NCBI RefSeq assembly: GCF_000372725.1
Contig: NW_005201165.1
Coordinates: 188,853-252,852, forward strand
Length of the DNA: 64,000 bases
Source: Emiliania huxleyi CCMP1516
Lineage: Eukaryota
Reading direction: 5' to 3'
Shown here: positions 23,421 to 34,364 of the stretch, piece by piece
Layout: the number at the start of each line of letters is the position of its first letter
Position numbering within the stretch: position 1 is the first letter of the stretch
Translations under genes and position numbers: made by a program
Notes under the pieces: model-generated
Database searches by the model: none
Told to the model about the DNA's origin: nothing
Seen by the model: only the letters and a program-made list of their open reading frames with translations

Positions 23421-24877
23421 GTGCCATCCGACTCGGCAGTCTTCCTCCTCGCCACCCTCGCAAAGGCGTGGGAGCCGCTGGCCGTGTCGCTGGCGAGCCC
23501 AGAGGGTAGAGGGCCACCATTCGCGGCGGTGCTGGTGTGCGCAGAGGCGGCCAAGCTCGCATTTGTCGCTCCGCTGCTCCCGCCCAACCGCATCGGCCTG
23601 TGCTCTCGTTCCACCGGCGCCGCCTTTGCGCCACCAGCGGCGCTCCTCGCGCTCTGCAACCACTGCCTCGGTTTCGCGGTGCCGCGGCTCGACCCGCTCA
23701 CATACCAGGTGAGCAGAGCCGAGGCATTGTGGTGCCTGTCCAGGCGCTTTGACCTCACCCCGGCTGAGTTTTGGCTGAGCTGTCGGCTGGTCTCGCGTGC
23801 CAGGTGGTCTTCAAGGCGGTCTCGGTCGTGGTGGTCGCGCTCCTCTCTCGCTCGCTGCTGGGCAGACGCCTCACCCGCCTGCAGTGGGCGTCCCTCGGCG
23901 TGCGGCAGGTCGTGAGACGGGCGCACTGCGGACTGCCTCTCCTTGACCGCTGAGCGCGTGAGCAGGCCTGCTCCTCGTCGGAGCCCACCTCAGTCTCGCC
24001 CCTCCGGAGCCGGCGGGCGGAGACGCGCGCAGCAGCAGCGAGGAGAGCTGTGCCGAGTGGCCTCCCGCCTCCGCGAGCCGCGTCTCTTCACACGCGGGCG
24101 TGTGCGCAGCAGACGGGCCGCAGCGAGTATGCCGCCGGGCTCGCTGCGTGCGTGCTCGGCTCGCTCGCCCTCGCCCTCTCCTCGGTCATGTTCGAGGGCG
24201 CGAGCCACGCGGACAGCCGTGAAGCTGGTGGTGGCGGTGTCGTCGCGCACGCGGCTGCCTACGCGCTCTGGGGGCTTGTCGCAAACTCGGCGGCTCTACT
24301 TGGAATGCACTGGCGCTGGATCGGAGGGGGAGGCGGCGGCTTCGCGCTCTCCGCGCACTCGGCGGCCGAAAGACGCCGTTCACGGCCGTGCACTGTGAAT
24401 AGGCTCGCGCCCCCGCGCCGTCGACGCCGCCGCCGCGCTGTCGATCGCCGCCGCCGACCTCACCATGGCGAGATGCAGCCGAGAGGTGGCCGATCTGGAC
24501 AGCGCGTCTTCACGGCTGGCGGCCGTGCGCAGGCGGTCTTCTTCTCGAGGCTGAGCGCCAACGCGTACTCGTACTCGCGCGTGCTCGCGCTGCTCGTCTC
24601 GGCGATCATCGCCGCCGTGGCGCTCAGGCAGCCGCTGAGCGGCCGATTCCTCGCCGGCGCCGGCACCGTCGCGGCCAGCGGGTGGGTGTACCGCGAGCCG
24701 GAGCGCGCTGCCGCGGCGGCAGCCGCGCTCCTGAGCCGAGTCTCTCCAAGAAGAGCCAGAATAAGAAGGGGCGGGTGGGAGTTGGCCCCCGCCGATGAGG
24801 AGGGCAAGGCGGCGCTCTTGCATCCGCCTGGCGAGCTGAGCTATAGCCAGCGCCTCGAAACAGAGAGCGCATCGTGA
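23421..24877 (+). CDS. nucleotide-sugar transporter (SLC35A-like), multi-exon; start codon uncertain
   Basis: AVLVCAEAAKL, FAPPAALLALCNHCLGFAVPRLDPLTYQV, VALLSRSLLGRRLTRLQWASL, plus multiple TM segments. Confidence 0.78.
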
Positions 24878-24972
24878 ACTCGAGAATTCTTGGGACCAAA
24901 AACCGTTTACTTCCGTTCCCGCCGTCTGCACATTGGCGTCTCCGCGGGCTGGGCGCCTAAAAGCCGCTGCGC

Positions 24973-26557
24973 ATGGACGCGATCGTTGCTTTTCTCGCCG
25001 ACAACCACCTCGAGGCGTACGCGGAAATCTTTGAGGAGACAGGCTACGACGACCTCGCGTTTCTCCGAGAGATGAGCGATGCGGATTTCGCCGAGCTCAA
25101 GCAGGCCTCTCTCGCTCAACCCTGACGCCACCACACACCCGTCTGCTCCTCTTTATCACCTCGCCGCCACTGCCGCCACCACAAATCTCCACCCAGGCGA
25201 CGCGCATGAAGACGGGCCACCTCGCGAAGCTGCGCTCTCGCGCGCGCGGATTTCACCTGCCTCTTCCTCTGCCGCCGCCACCACAGCTACCTCCGCCACC
25301 GCCGCTGCAGCTGCCGCCGCCTCCACCGCCGCTCAAATGCGAGCCGGAGTGGACTCTGCTCGCTGAGCCGCAGGCGGGCCGCGCCCAGGCTCAGTCAGTG
25401 CCGTCAGAAGGCTTCTCGAGAACCTCCGCCCCTAGCTGCTCAGCCTCCGCCTCCGCCTCCGCCTCCGCCTCCGCCTCCGCCTCCGCCTCCGCCACCGCCT
25501 CCGCCTCCGCCACCGCCTCCGCCTCCGCCTCCGCCTCCGCCTCCGCCTCCTCCTCCTCCTCCTCCGCCGCCGCCGTCGGTGCTGGCGCCGGTGCCGGTGC
25601 CGCCAGCGTGGAGGGCGAGACGGAGGGCGACGAGGCGCCGCCGTGTGTGGCGGCCGGAGCGCTGTGAAGAGGCGCTGTTACACCACGCAGCGCGAGCAGG
25701 CGCCGTCGTGGTGGGGGGCCACGAGCGCAGCCACCTTCGCAGAGGCGCTGCTCCGGCGAGAGGCCCGGAGATGCCGCGAGGTGCGTCCGAGATGGACCGC
25801 CGGTGAGGGTGTAGGTTCTCTTCCTGCTCGGCGAGACGCCCGCTGCCTTCCCGGACCGGGTCTTCGCGTCGCTGCCGATGGAGCGGGCCTTCCCCGGGGC
25901 GAGTTGCTCAGCCGAGACCGGCCGAGATTACTCGGGAGTCTAGCCACGAGGAGGCCCGCTCAGTCGAAGGGTTTGAGACCGAGACTAAGCGAGGCTCCCA
26001 ACCACCTGCGATTACCGAATGCCTCCGCCAACCTCGAGGTGAGCAAGCCGCAGCGGCTGCGCGCACTGGGCTACCTGCGGCGAGCAATAGTCGAGACCTA
26101 GCCGAGACGTAGCCGAGATGTGCCTTTGCGCGCCCTTCCCGGCGAGAGCTGCAGCGACGTGGAGCTGCTCACGCCGCGATGCTGTGCGCAGGCGGGCGTG
26201 CCGGCGGAGGGGGGGCGAGGTCGCCGTGCACTTCAAGAAGCTATCCAAGAGGCAGGTCCGAGACTCGGGCCGAGACTCGCCGAGATTCGCCCGAGGCGCA
26301 CGAACGCTGCCGAAGCGTCTCTTCTCGTCGCCCGCCACAGGTCGCCGTTTGCCATGTGCCGGTGGACGAGGACCGCTCGCAGCGGCGGCGGCGGGCGAAG
26401 GAGCGCGGCAGGACGTGGGTGGACGGCGGGAGCGGCCACTCACTCCTCGGCGAGGCAGAGTGAGCCTCCCTCTCCAACCAAGGGTTCCGAGGCATCACAG
26501 CGAAGGGGCTGCCTCGTCCGAGCGGAGCGACCCGGCCGACGCCATCCGAGCCCCTAG
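24973..26557 (+). CDS. SAM-domain protein with low-complexity Ser/Ala linker; 3' structure uncertain
   Basis: MDAIVAFLADNHLEAYAEIFEETGYDDLAFLREMSDADFAELK|ATRMKTGHLAKLR fits a sterile-alpha motif; a (gcctcc)n run lies at ~25443-25565. Confidence 0.65.
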
Positions 26558-26738
26558 GCACAAGGGAGAGGATATTTTTGTTTTCCCTTCTGGATAGTTG
26601 TTGAGACTGTTCTTCGCTGTTTGCTTCTTCGTCGGTCAAAAAAACACTCATCTTCTCCGGTGCGCTCAGCCCCCCCCGTGTGTGCCGACTGCCGTGTGCA
26701 ACAGAGCGGTCCGGCAGGCTGCCCCCCCAAGGCCCCCC

Positions 26739-26816
26739 CACTTGGAGTGCAGTCATCAACGAACCTCACATCCCGAATCCAGGGCCGGGGAGCTGAGGAG
26801 CGCACCCAGCGGGCCG
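26739..26816. repeat. dispersed ~70 bp repeat, copy 2
   Basis: Matches 8209-8275 with small indels. Confidence 0.85.
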
Positions 26817-28076
26817 GATGATCGGTATCGGGTTACGGGCTAGAGAGCCCTAGCCCCGGGGGTGCGCGTTCGCACGGGGAAAGGGCCGTAAAATAAACAC
26901 GGGTCTCCGAGGGTTGGCCCCGCGTACCGGGTTTCCCCTTAACTGCAGGACGCCCCCTCTACTCGGAGCTAATGAACACCACACTGCACGCCCCACACCA
27001 CCACTCCGCACTCACTCGCACAGACCACTTGAGTAGACCCCCCCGCCTGGAGGGCTCACCCCCCGTCTTCCCAGGGTCCCGAGCCTCCTTGATTCGCTCT
27101 CTTGCTCGTCTCCCGAGCGTCATGCGACGGCCGGTGTGGCCGTTTCCCTCGTTGTTGGTACCGCTTCCTCCGCTGCCGCCCCTCGTCCTCGCCAGCTTCT
27201 TCCGGCTCCACCGACTCCGAGGGCATCGACGGCCCGGCGGCGGGGTCTCCCCGGGCGAGGGCGGCGGCATCGTGTCTCGTCGCCACCCCTCCCCGGGAGG
27301 TCGGGCCGGATCTCCCTGGTCGGCGAGTCGCGCCCGCATCCGCGGCCTCTCTATCGTTCTCGGCTCGCCCGCCCCCTCCGCCGGTTCCTCACTAGGCTCG
27401 GGGAGGCGCGGTCTCTCTCGCCGTAGATCACGGCGGTCCGGTCGCCGCCGCGACAGGTCTACCCCCGGTGGGCTCGCACGGCCCGACTCCACTCGCAGAG
27501 GCCGCCTCCTTGTCTTTTTTCTTTTCTTTTGCAGAACGCCGGGCTTGTCTTGTATGTGCGTGTCGGGGGTGTGTCAGTGAGGGGTGGCGGGGGACGGGGG
27601 CGCGCGAGGTCAGAGGCTCAACCATTCGTCGGCTCGTCGGGGTGGGAGAAGGGGAAAGGAGGTCTGGACGGTCGGCGAGGGGGTCGTAGCCCGACAGAGT
27701 GCGTACGGGGTGTAGCCGCCACTTTCCTGCCTCACAAGGGCGGGGCTGTCCCGGAAAGTGAGAAACGCCGGGCAGCGTGGTGCACAGCTTCAACCTCCCA
27801 TACGTGTTTGTTCGCTCCTTTCCTCGGGCTGTTCCATCCATCCTGCCATCTGCATCTCCTTCCAACCTAGGCGAGGCGGGGGGGGCGCGTGGGTGCGGAG
27901 GGCAGTGCGGTGCGAGTGGGTGCGTGTCATGTGGCTACAGCAAGTGACCACGCGTATATAAACGAAGGCGCTATCAAAAAAAATACTCAAAAGGCGTATC
28001 AAAAAAAAACGCTGCTCCCAGCCCTGAAGAAGCGCCGGGTCCCGAGGTCGAGAGGGTGGGCTGCTGAGCGGACACC

Positions 28077-28755
28077 ATGCTGCTGCAGCAGCCCGACGCC
28101 ATCGCCGTGGTCGCGTCGCTCGGCCTTGGAGGGCTCTCAGGCCTGCCACTCCCGTTCAGCGTACCGCTCGCATACGGCGCCATGGTTGCATCGCAGACGC
28201 GTGGCCTGGACATCATCGGCCTGCTCCACAATTGTACCGCCCAGCAAACGGCTGCCGCTCCGCCGGACAACGTGGATGCAGACCTGCCCATGGATGCGTT
28301 GTGCGCTGGGTACGAGGCGCACCACTGGGAGAGCACCTCAAACTGCTTGCACGCTTGCGGCATGCTGTGGGCATTCGGCGTGCTTGCGCTCATGCTGATG
28401 CGGCAGAAGAGGTGGCCCATGCTCGCGCTAGTGCCACCGTGCTGGTACCTGTTCGCCTGGACGGGCCACTTTGTGTACCAGGCTGGTGGGAGTGTGATGG
28501 GTGGACCTGAGAGACGACTCCCACCCTCACCGCAGCCTCCTGCTCTAGGCGGACGTACCTGCCGTCTTCACGTACGGCACCACCCTGCGAGGCTGGTCCC
28601 TCGGCGAGTGGTGCTCGATCAAGGCGTTCGCTGCGGGCCGCACCGTCTCAGCGCGCGAGGATCTTCTGCTGACCTTCGCCTGCGCGGTCGCCACCTACCT
28701 CGGCCACAGAGCGAGCGCCAGCCTCTGCACGCGTGGCCACGAAAAGCCGGATTAA
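28077..28755 (+). CDS. DUF962/Mpo1-like membrane protein, one intron
   Basis: YEAHHWESTSNCLHACG...WYLFAWTGHFVYQ|ADVPAVFTYG...GEW. Confidence 0.78.
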
Positions 28756-28998
28756 GCTCTGCTGGCGCGGGTCTGGCGCGCGCGGCATTGCAGAGCATTG
28801 CAGTAGCGGACGAGGGTAGCGCTCGGTGTCGCGGATATCTCAATAGCATAATGTCTGCGCGAAACCCTACTTTTCCCGCGGCTTTTGTCGAGGCTTTTAG
28901 AGGCGCGGCCAGGCACGCGGAACTCTCACACCACCAGTACGGGGCGCGTCCGGGGTGTCGAGACTCCGCACGTGTGCGCGGTCTGGGGCGCACTCCGC

Positions 28999-29427
28999 TC
29001 ATTCGGACAGCAGCTGGGCGAGCTTTCCGCTGCTGATTGCGCGCTGCGTGTCGTCGTTCCCTCCGAGGTGAGCTCCCTTCACAAACACGTTCGGCACCGT
29101 CCGCTGCCCCGTGAGCGAAAGCAGCTCCGCCTGGATCTCGGCGCCGTCGTCGAGCTCATCCAGCTCCACGACGGTCGGCGTGACGTTAATGTCGGCGAGC
29201 GCCGCCTTGCAGCGCTGACAGTAGGGGCACCACGACTTGCTGTACACCACAACATCGTTCGACGCCACCGTGTCCTTGATGGCTTCAGCGAGCGCAGCGT
29301 TGGCGCTGATCCCGCTGGAGCGGGCGCGGCTCACGGCAAGGAGCGGCGGCGGAGCGGCGCGAAGCAGGAAGGACTGCACGAGCGCCGGCGCGGCGGCGAC
29401 GAGGAGAAGGATGATTCGGCGCATCAT
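28999..29427 (-). CDS. dithiol glutaredoxin (CPYC) with bipartite targeting peptide
   Basis: VVVYSKSWCPYCQRCK...TGQRTVPNVFVKGAHLGGNDD. Confidence 0.95.
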   Translation of the reverse strand: MMRRIILLLVAAAPALVQSFLLRAAPPPLLAVSRARSSGISANAALAEAIKDTVASNDVVVYSKSWCPYCQRCKAALADINVTPTVVELDELDDGAEIQAELLSLTGQRTVPNVFVKGAHLGGNDDTQRAISSGKLAQLLSE

Positions 29428-29508
29428 GTGTGGAGGGCGCAGCGACGGGCTGTCGTCGTTGCACGCAGGGAGACGCCCAGAGAGCTCAAAAAAAGAAATC
29501 AGGCAGCC

Positions 29509-30545
29509 TCACAAGACGGTGCTCCCGAAGACCAGCAGCGCCGCCGTTGCTAGCGCTATCGACGCGTCGAGGTACCACTGTAGCCGGACGCCCTGCAGCG
29601 TGGCGGCGGCCTTGTACGCCAGCAAGGGCAGCACCAGCGCGGCCGCGCGCTGCGTGCTCTGAGCCTTGGAAGCGACGACTGCCTCCAGCGGCACTCCAGA
29701 GGAGGAGAGAGGGGGCCAGTGGTCGTCGACCGCCGCCGCCATCGCCGCAGCGGGCATCAGCGGCCCTCTGGACACGCGGGCGGATGACACCGCTGGCCGG
29801 ACATTGATCAGCTGCACGTCGATCGCGACGACGCCGGCCACGTCGTTGCCTGCGCCCAGCCCCTCGCTCTCCTGCCGCCTGACAAGCGGCGGGATGGGTG
29901 CCGAGGTGTGGGCAGTGCCGAGGTGTGGGCGGCGACGAGCGCGTGCGGGCGGATGCCTCCGGTTCTCGTTGAGGACTGTGCCGTACAGCCTTTGCCTCTG
30001 CCCAAACGAGCGCGGCACGGGCTCGTGGGCGCGGTCCTTGTAGCCAAGCCGAGACGGGATCACGAGCCGGCGCGTCCCGCCCTGCCGCATGCCCAGCAGG
30101 CCCTCCTCCATGCCGTCGATCAGCTGGCCTGGGTTCGCCGAGGGACAGGGTGCAACGCGCGCCGTGCGGATGAGGCGGGCGGTGGGAGTGGGGGTGAGAC
30201 GGTTAGGGAGGCGGCATGAGCACCGCTTCCCATGGTCAGCCGGTACGGCTCGTCCTCCTCGGCCTGGGTGTTCATGAAGACCCACCCCTGCTTGCCCACG
30301 AGCCTGCCCACTGCGTGGAACGTGACGCGGCTGAACGGTGTAACCGTGTCGCCTGAACCGGTCTTGATGTCAGCCCAGCGCAGCCCACTCTCAGTCGTGA
30401 CGAACGAGAGCTGCTGCGACGAGTGCACAGCAATAGGGCGCGAGGCGGCAGCGCTGCCAGCGGCAAGGGCAAGGCGGCGCGAGATCGACGGCCGTCCGGT
30501 CAACACAGCTCCACTGCTGCAGCAGAGGAGGACCGCGAGGGCCAT
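29509..30545 (-). CDS. FKBP-type peptidyl-prolyl isomerase, probably plastid/thylakoid; 3' end uncertain
   Basis: TTESGLRWADIKTGSG...LIDGMEEGLLGMRQGGTRRLVIPSRLGY...EPVPRSFGQRQRL, with twin-Arg-like SRR in the leader. Confidence 0.85.
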
Positions 30546-31213
30546 CGATAAACCACTGTCTGGTCTAACAGCGAGTCCGTGAACTTACGTTCTCGAGTGC
30601 GGAGAGTTGTAGTGGGCGAGCGGATAGCCAAATCACACGAATAAAGAAAGAAGACAAGGCGCGCTAGGTGCAAAAAAATTCTGGGAGGGGAACGTTCACG
30701 GGGAGACTCAAATTACGGCGGATGGCAATCTCTCGTCTGCTCGAACCCGTCGGGCTCAAACGTTGGCGGAACCGAGCCCCCCCAACGCGTCGCCTCCAAA
30801 AGGTGCGCCGCCATCACCCGTCTCGTTACTCCATGGATGACCTCATCTCGCTCCGAGACCTCGAGGCCTTCGCGGCCCTGCCAAAGTTGCCGGTAGCTAA
30901 CCTCGCGCAGCCGTCCAAGTTTGAGCCCGAGCTTCCGGATGCCAAGCGCGTTCTCGCAATCAGAACACAAGAGCACTCGACTCCGCCCACCCTGCCTGTG
31001 ACGCCGATCGAAAACGTGCTGCTCGGGCTGGAGGGCGCGCCCGGGCTGGTTTCCGGCTCCACCTTCTGGCAGCGAGAGCAGCGCATAACTCCGCAGGCTT
31101 GCGCGCCAGGCGGGTTTGTAACCGGATCACCGGCGCAAAAGGCGTTCATTTCTGTCTGCCCCATGGCGGGAGGAGCGCCGGCGGCGGAGGACGAGAGGGA
31201 CCCATCGCACGCC

Positions 31214-31405
31214 CTATCGTGGGAGCGCGCCGCGCTGCCATCCATCGCAAGCGCCGAGCCATGCAAATGAGTGGCCGCCATGGGTCGCGGCCTTGACGAA
31301 TCGGTTTCGCAGGCGCAGCGGCCCAATTTGCACTGGCGAGAAGGCGTTCACGCTGGCTGTTTCTCGCGCTTTGGCTGCGAGGAGTGGCTCGCGCTCCGCT
31401 TTCAT
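31214..31405 (-). pseudogene. N-terminal fragment of NADH:flavin oxidoreductase (Old Yellow Enzyme family)
   Basis: AFSPVQIGPLRLRNRFVKAATH matches the family N-terminus, but no later barrel motifs are recognisable. Confidence 0.5.
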
Positions 31406-31626
31406 TGTCACCCACTCGGTGGACAGTCGGTAGCCGCCCAGTGACGCGTTTCGCGGCGTCGGACGGACGCAGAAGAAGGAAAGAAAAGAAAATCTTGTGA
31501 GAAAAAGAAATCATGCGCGTGCGATCCACGGCGGCGCCATTTCTTCATTTTCCGACTGACTCCTCACCACAGTTCCTACTGCCTGGCCCTCGCGCTCCCG
31601 TTCAAACCCACCGCCTCGCTGTGACG

Positions 31627-32814
31627 ATGTCCTCCAAGCAAGACGCAAAGGTCGTGATACTCGGCGCGAGCGGCTGCGGCAAGACGTGCCTATCCCTGCG
31701 TTTCGTCAAGGACCAGTTCATATCGTGCGCTCTCCCGCGGCCAACTGCACTTCCGCGGCCCAAGGCTGACTAGTGCGCGGCCCGCGCCCAAGGTACACCG
31801 CGTCAACCATTGGAGCGAGCTTCTTGGTCAAAGAGCTCACCATCGGCTCGCAGAAGATCACGCTGCAGATCTGGGACACGGCCGGCCAGGCGCGGCCGAC
31901 TCTCCCTCTCGGCCTGCCCGGCTCCTCCCGCGGCTGACTGCAGTGTGACCGCCTGCCTGCCCACACTAGCCCTCTCTCGCCCCTCTCGTGCCACCCCTCG
32001 GCAGGAGCGCTTCCGCTCGATGGCGCCGCTGTACTACCGCGGCGCTCTCGCCGCCATCCTCGTCTTCTCCCTCTGCGACGCGCAGTCCTTCGAGCGGCTC
32101 AAGGAGTGGGTGCGATGACGGCCGTATCCGAGAGTGAGAACAGAGCGGCCGCAGCGGCAGCAGTAGCATGGATAGCGAAACTGTGTGCGAGAAGGAAGAG
32201 GAGAGTGCAATAGTGAAGCAGCAAGCAGGCACCAGTCGGCAGCACCAGTCGCTGCCCTCGCGCAGGTCAAGGAGCTGTCGGCGAACGTGGAGGAGCCGCT
32301 CGTGCTCGCGATAGCAGCAAACAAGTCGGACCTGGCCGAGCGCGCGGTGCCCGTCGAGGCGGCGCAGGCGCACCAGTGCGTGCCACACACACGCACACGC
32401 ACGCCGTCCGCGCGATTCAAGCATCCCCACAATCACGACCCTCTCCACGATGGTTCAATGGCGAGCCGAGCCCTGTTGCAGGCGTATGCCGCCTCCATCG
32501 GGGCCGTGCTCTTCGAGACCTCCGCCAAGGAGGACGTCGGTGTGAAGGAGCTCTTCACCGAGGCGCGCTGGTTAGAGCCGTCCAGTAGTCCGTGAGCAGC
32601 CTGGCGAAGGAGCCGGCGCGAGCGCACCCCAGTCGAGCGTCTCGCCGATGCCAGGCCCAATCTCCCCCTCCCCTCCCCCCTCCTGCAGGTCGCGCGCCGG
32701 CTGCTGCTCGTGAGGTTGCGCCCGCCCGGCGGCGCGGCGGGGGACGGGTCGTCCACCATCTCGCTGCCGGAGGGGGACGTGCGCGGCGGCGGGACGCGGT
32801 CAAAATGCTGCTGA
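31627..32814 (+). CDS. Rab small GTPase (Rab5/Rab22-like), multi-exon
   Basis: [50 protein letters not shown], and a C-terminal CC prenylation motif. Confidence 0.93.
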
Positions 32815-33803
32815 CAGAGTGAAAAGGCGGGGCAGGGGGGGGGGGGGGGTCGGCAAGTTGGCACGAGAGACCGTGCACGCGCTGACCGCTGTGTCGTTGT
32901 AGCATTATGACGAGTCGACTGATATATATACATCCCGGAATATAAACGAGAGCGTTCGAGGGATCGAGAGGCACGACCACGCCGCACGACGAGCTCCACA
33001 CGATGTCGCAGGAGGTGGTGGAGAATGACCTCCAGACTGACCCGGAGAATCACCTCCACCCAGCCCCACCTCAGCACTCCTATTATCACTCTCTCCCCCC
33101 CCACAGTGATGAATAGTCTACCTATATCCCTATATTCCCACACCCTGTGCAGTGGCACGTCTCGCCACCTAGATCCCTAATATTGGCACCTTGGGCGCCG
33201 AATAGGCGCCCAAATATTGGCACGTAATAGTTCCCTCGTCTCTTCGAGGCGTCGTCATGTGACGCCTTGATGCTCCCCGCTGAGGCTGCGCCCCAGCATT
33301 CCCGGTGTTGCACGACGCCATTCCCTTAAACCACTCGGGTGTCCGAGTTCCTTATACCTTATACCAATCCTACAGCCGTCTGAGACGGCACCCGGATCGA
33401 GGATGGCTTTGCAGCCTCACCCGCGATCAACAGTACAGCAGAGCCGCGCACGCGGCTCACCACTCACACTTGCTGGGCACCAACCTTTGGGTCCAGATGA
33501 CTATCCCTCTATTGAAGAGGGAAGAGGGACGCCTCACGATACTACCGAGGGCCGCGACCAGGATTCTTCTTGCTGGTCAGACCACTCCAATCACCACCAC
33601 ACACGACCACGGACGACGCACGAGCGGCAGCGCGTGGCAGCGGGCCTCTATCTCTGTATCTCAGAGAAGTCTCTCGGAATGTACCGCGCGCGCAAAACGC
33701 GTCGTGTGCCCGTGTGTGTACGGCTAACCAGTACTTTTTGGTGACGGACGGGACGATGAAGTGCATGTCATGTTGCCGCAATGGCCAATGCCCCCCCCCC
33801 CCC

Positions 33804-33903
33804 NNNNNNNNNNNNNNNNNNNNNNNNNNNNNNNNNNNNNNNNNNNNNNNNNNNNNNNNNNNNNNNNNNNNNNNNNNNNNNNNNNNNNNNNNNNNNNNNN
33901 NNN
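33804..33903. other. assembly gap followed by low-quality homopolymer-rich sequence to ~34300
   Basis: Run of N; poly-C/G/T tracts. Confidence 0.97.
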
Positions 33904-34364
33904 CCCCTCCAATTCCCCCCCCCAAAGTCCCCGGTAAACCCCCTAGGGGCAACTCGTGGAACGGGGCCTTTTTTTTTTTTTTTTAAAAAATTTCTTCGGA
34001 AATTCCCCCCGGGCCAAAAATTTTTGGTTGGGGCCCCGGGTGTTTACGGCTAACCCACTTTTTTTGGGTCCGGGGGGGGGAATAAAATTCATTTTTTTTT
34101 GCCCAAAATTCCCCCCCCCCCCCCCGGCCCCCCCCTTTCCGGGGCCCCTTCCCCACCTGCCCCCCCCCCCCTTAATAACCCCCAGACCAAAGGCCCGGGG
34201 CCCCCGCCAGCCCCCCCCCCCCCCCCCCCGCCCGCCCTCCTCCCACTTTCCCCCTCCGAACCCCACCGCCTTCCCTCCCCCTCGACCCATCCCCACCCCT
34301 CACCTGCAGTCGTCATATCGCTGCGAGTGCGCGCCGCTGGGGGCCCCGACTGCCGCGAGGCTGC

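Noticed and set aside
27007..27924. 15-bp inverted match (cgcactcactcgcac) as TIRs
   Set aside because: Low complexity, does not extend, and no TSD.
33179..33223. 9-bp hairpin flanked by aatattggcac direct repeats
   Set aside because: Too short and single-copy in this window to assign any function.
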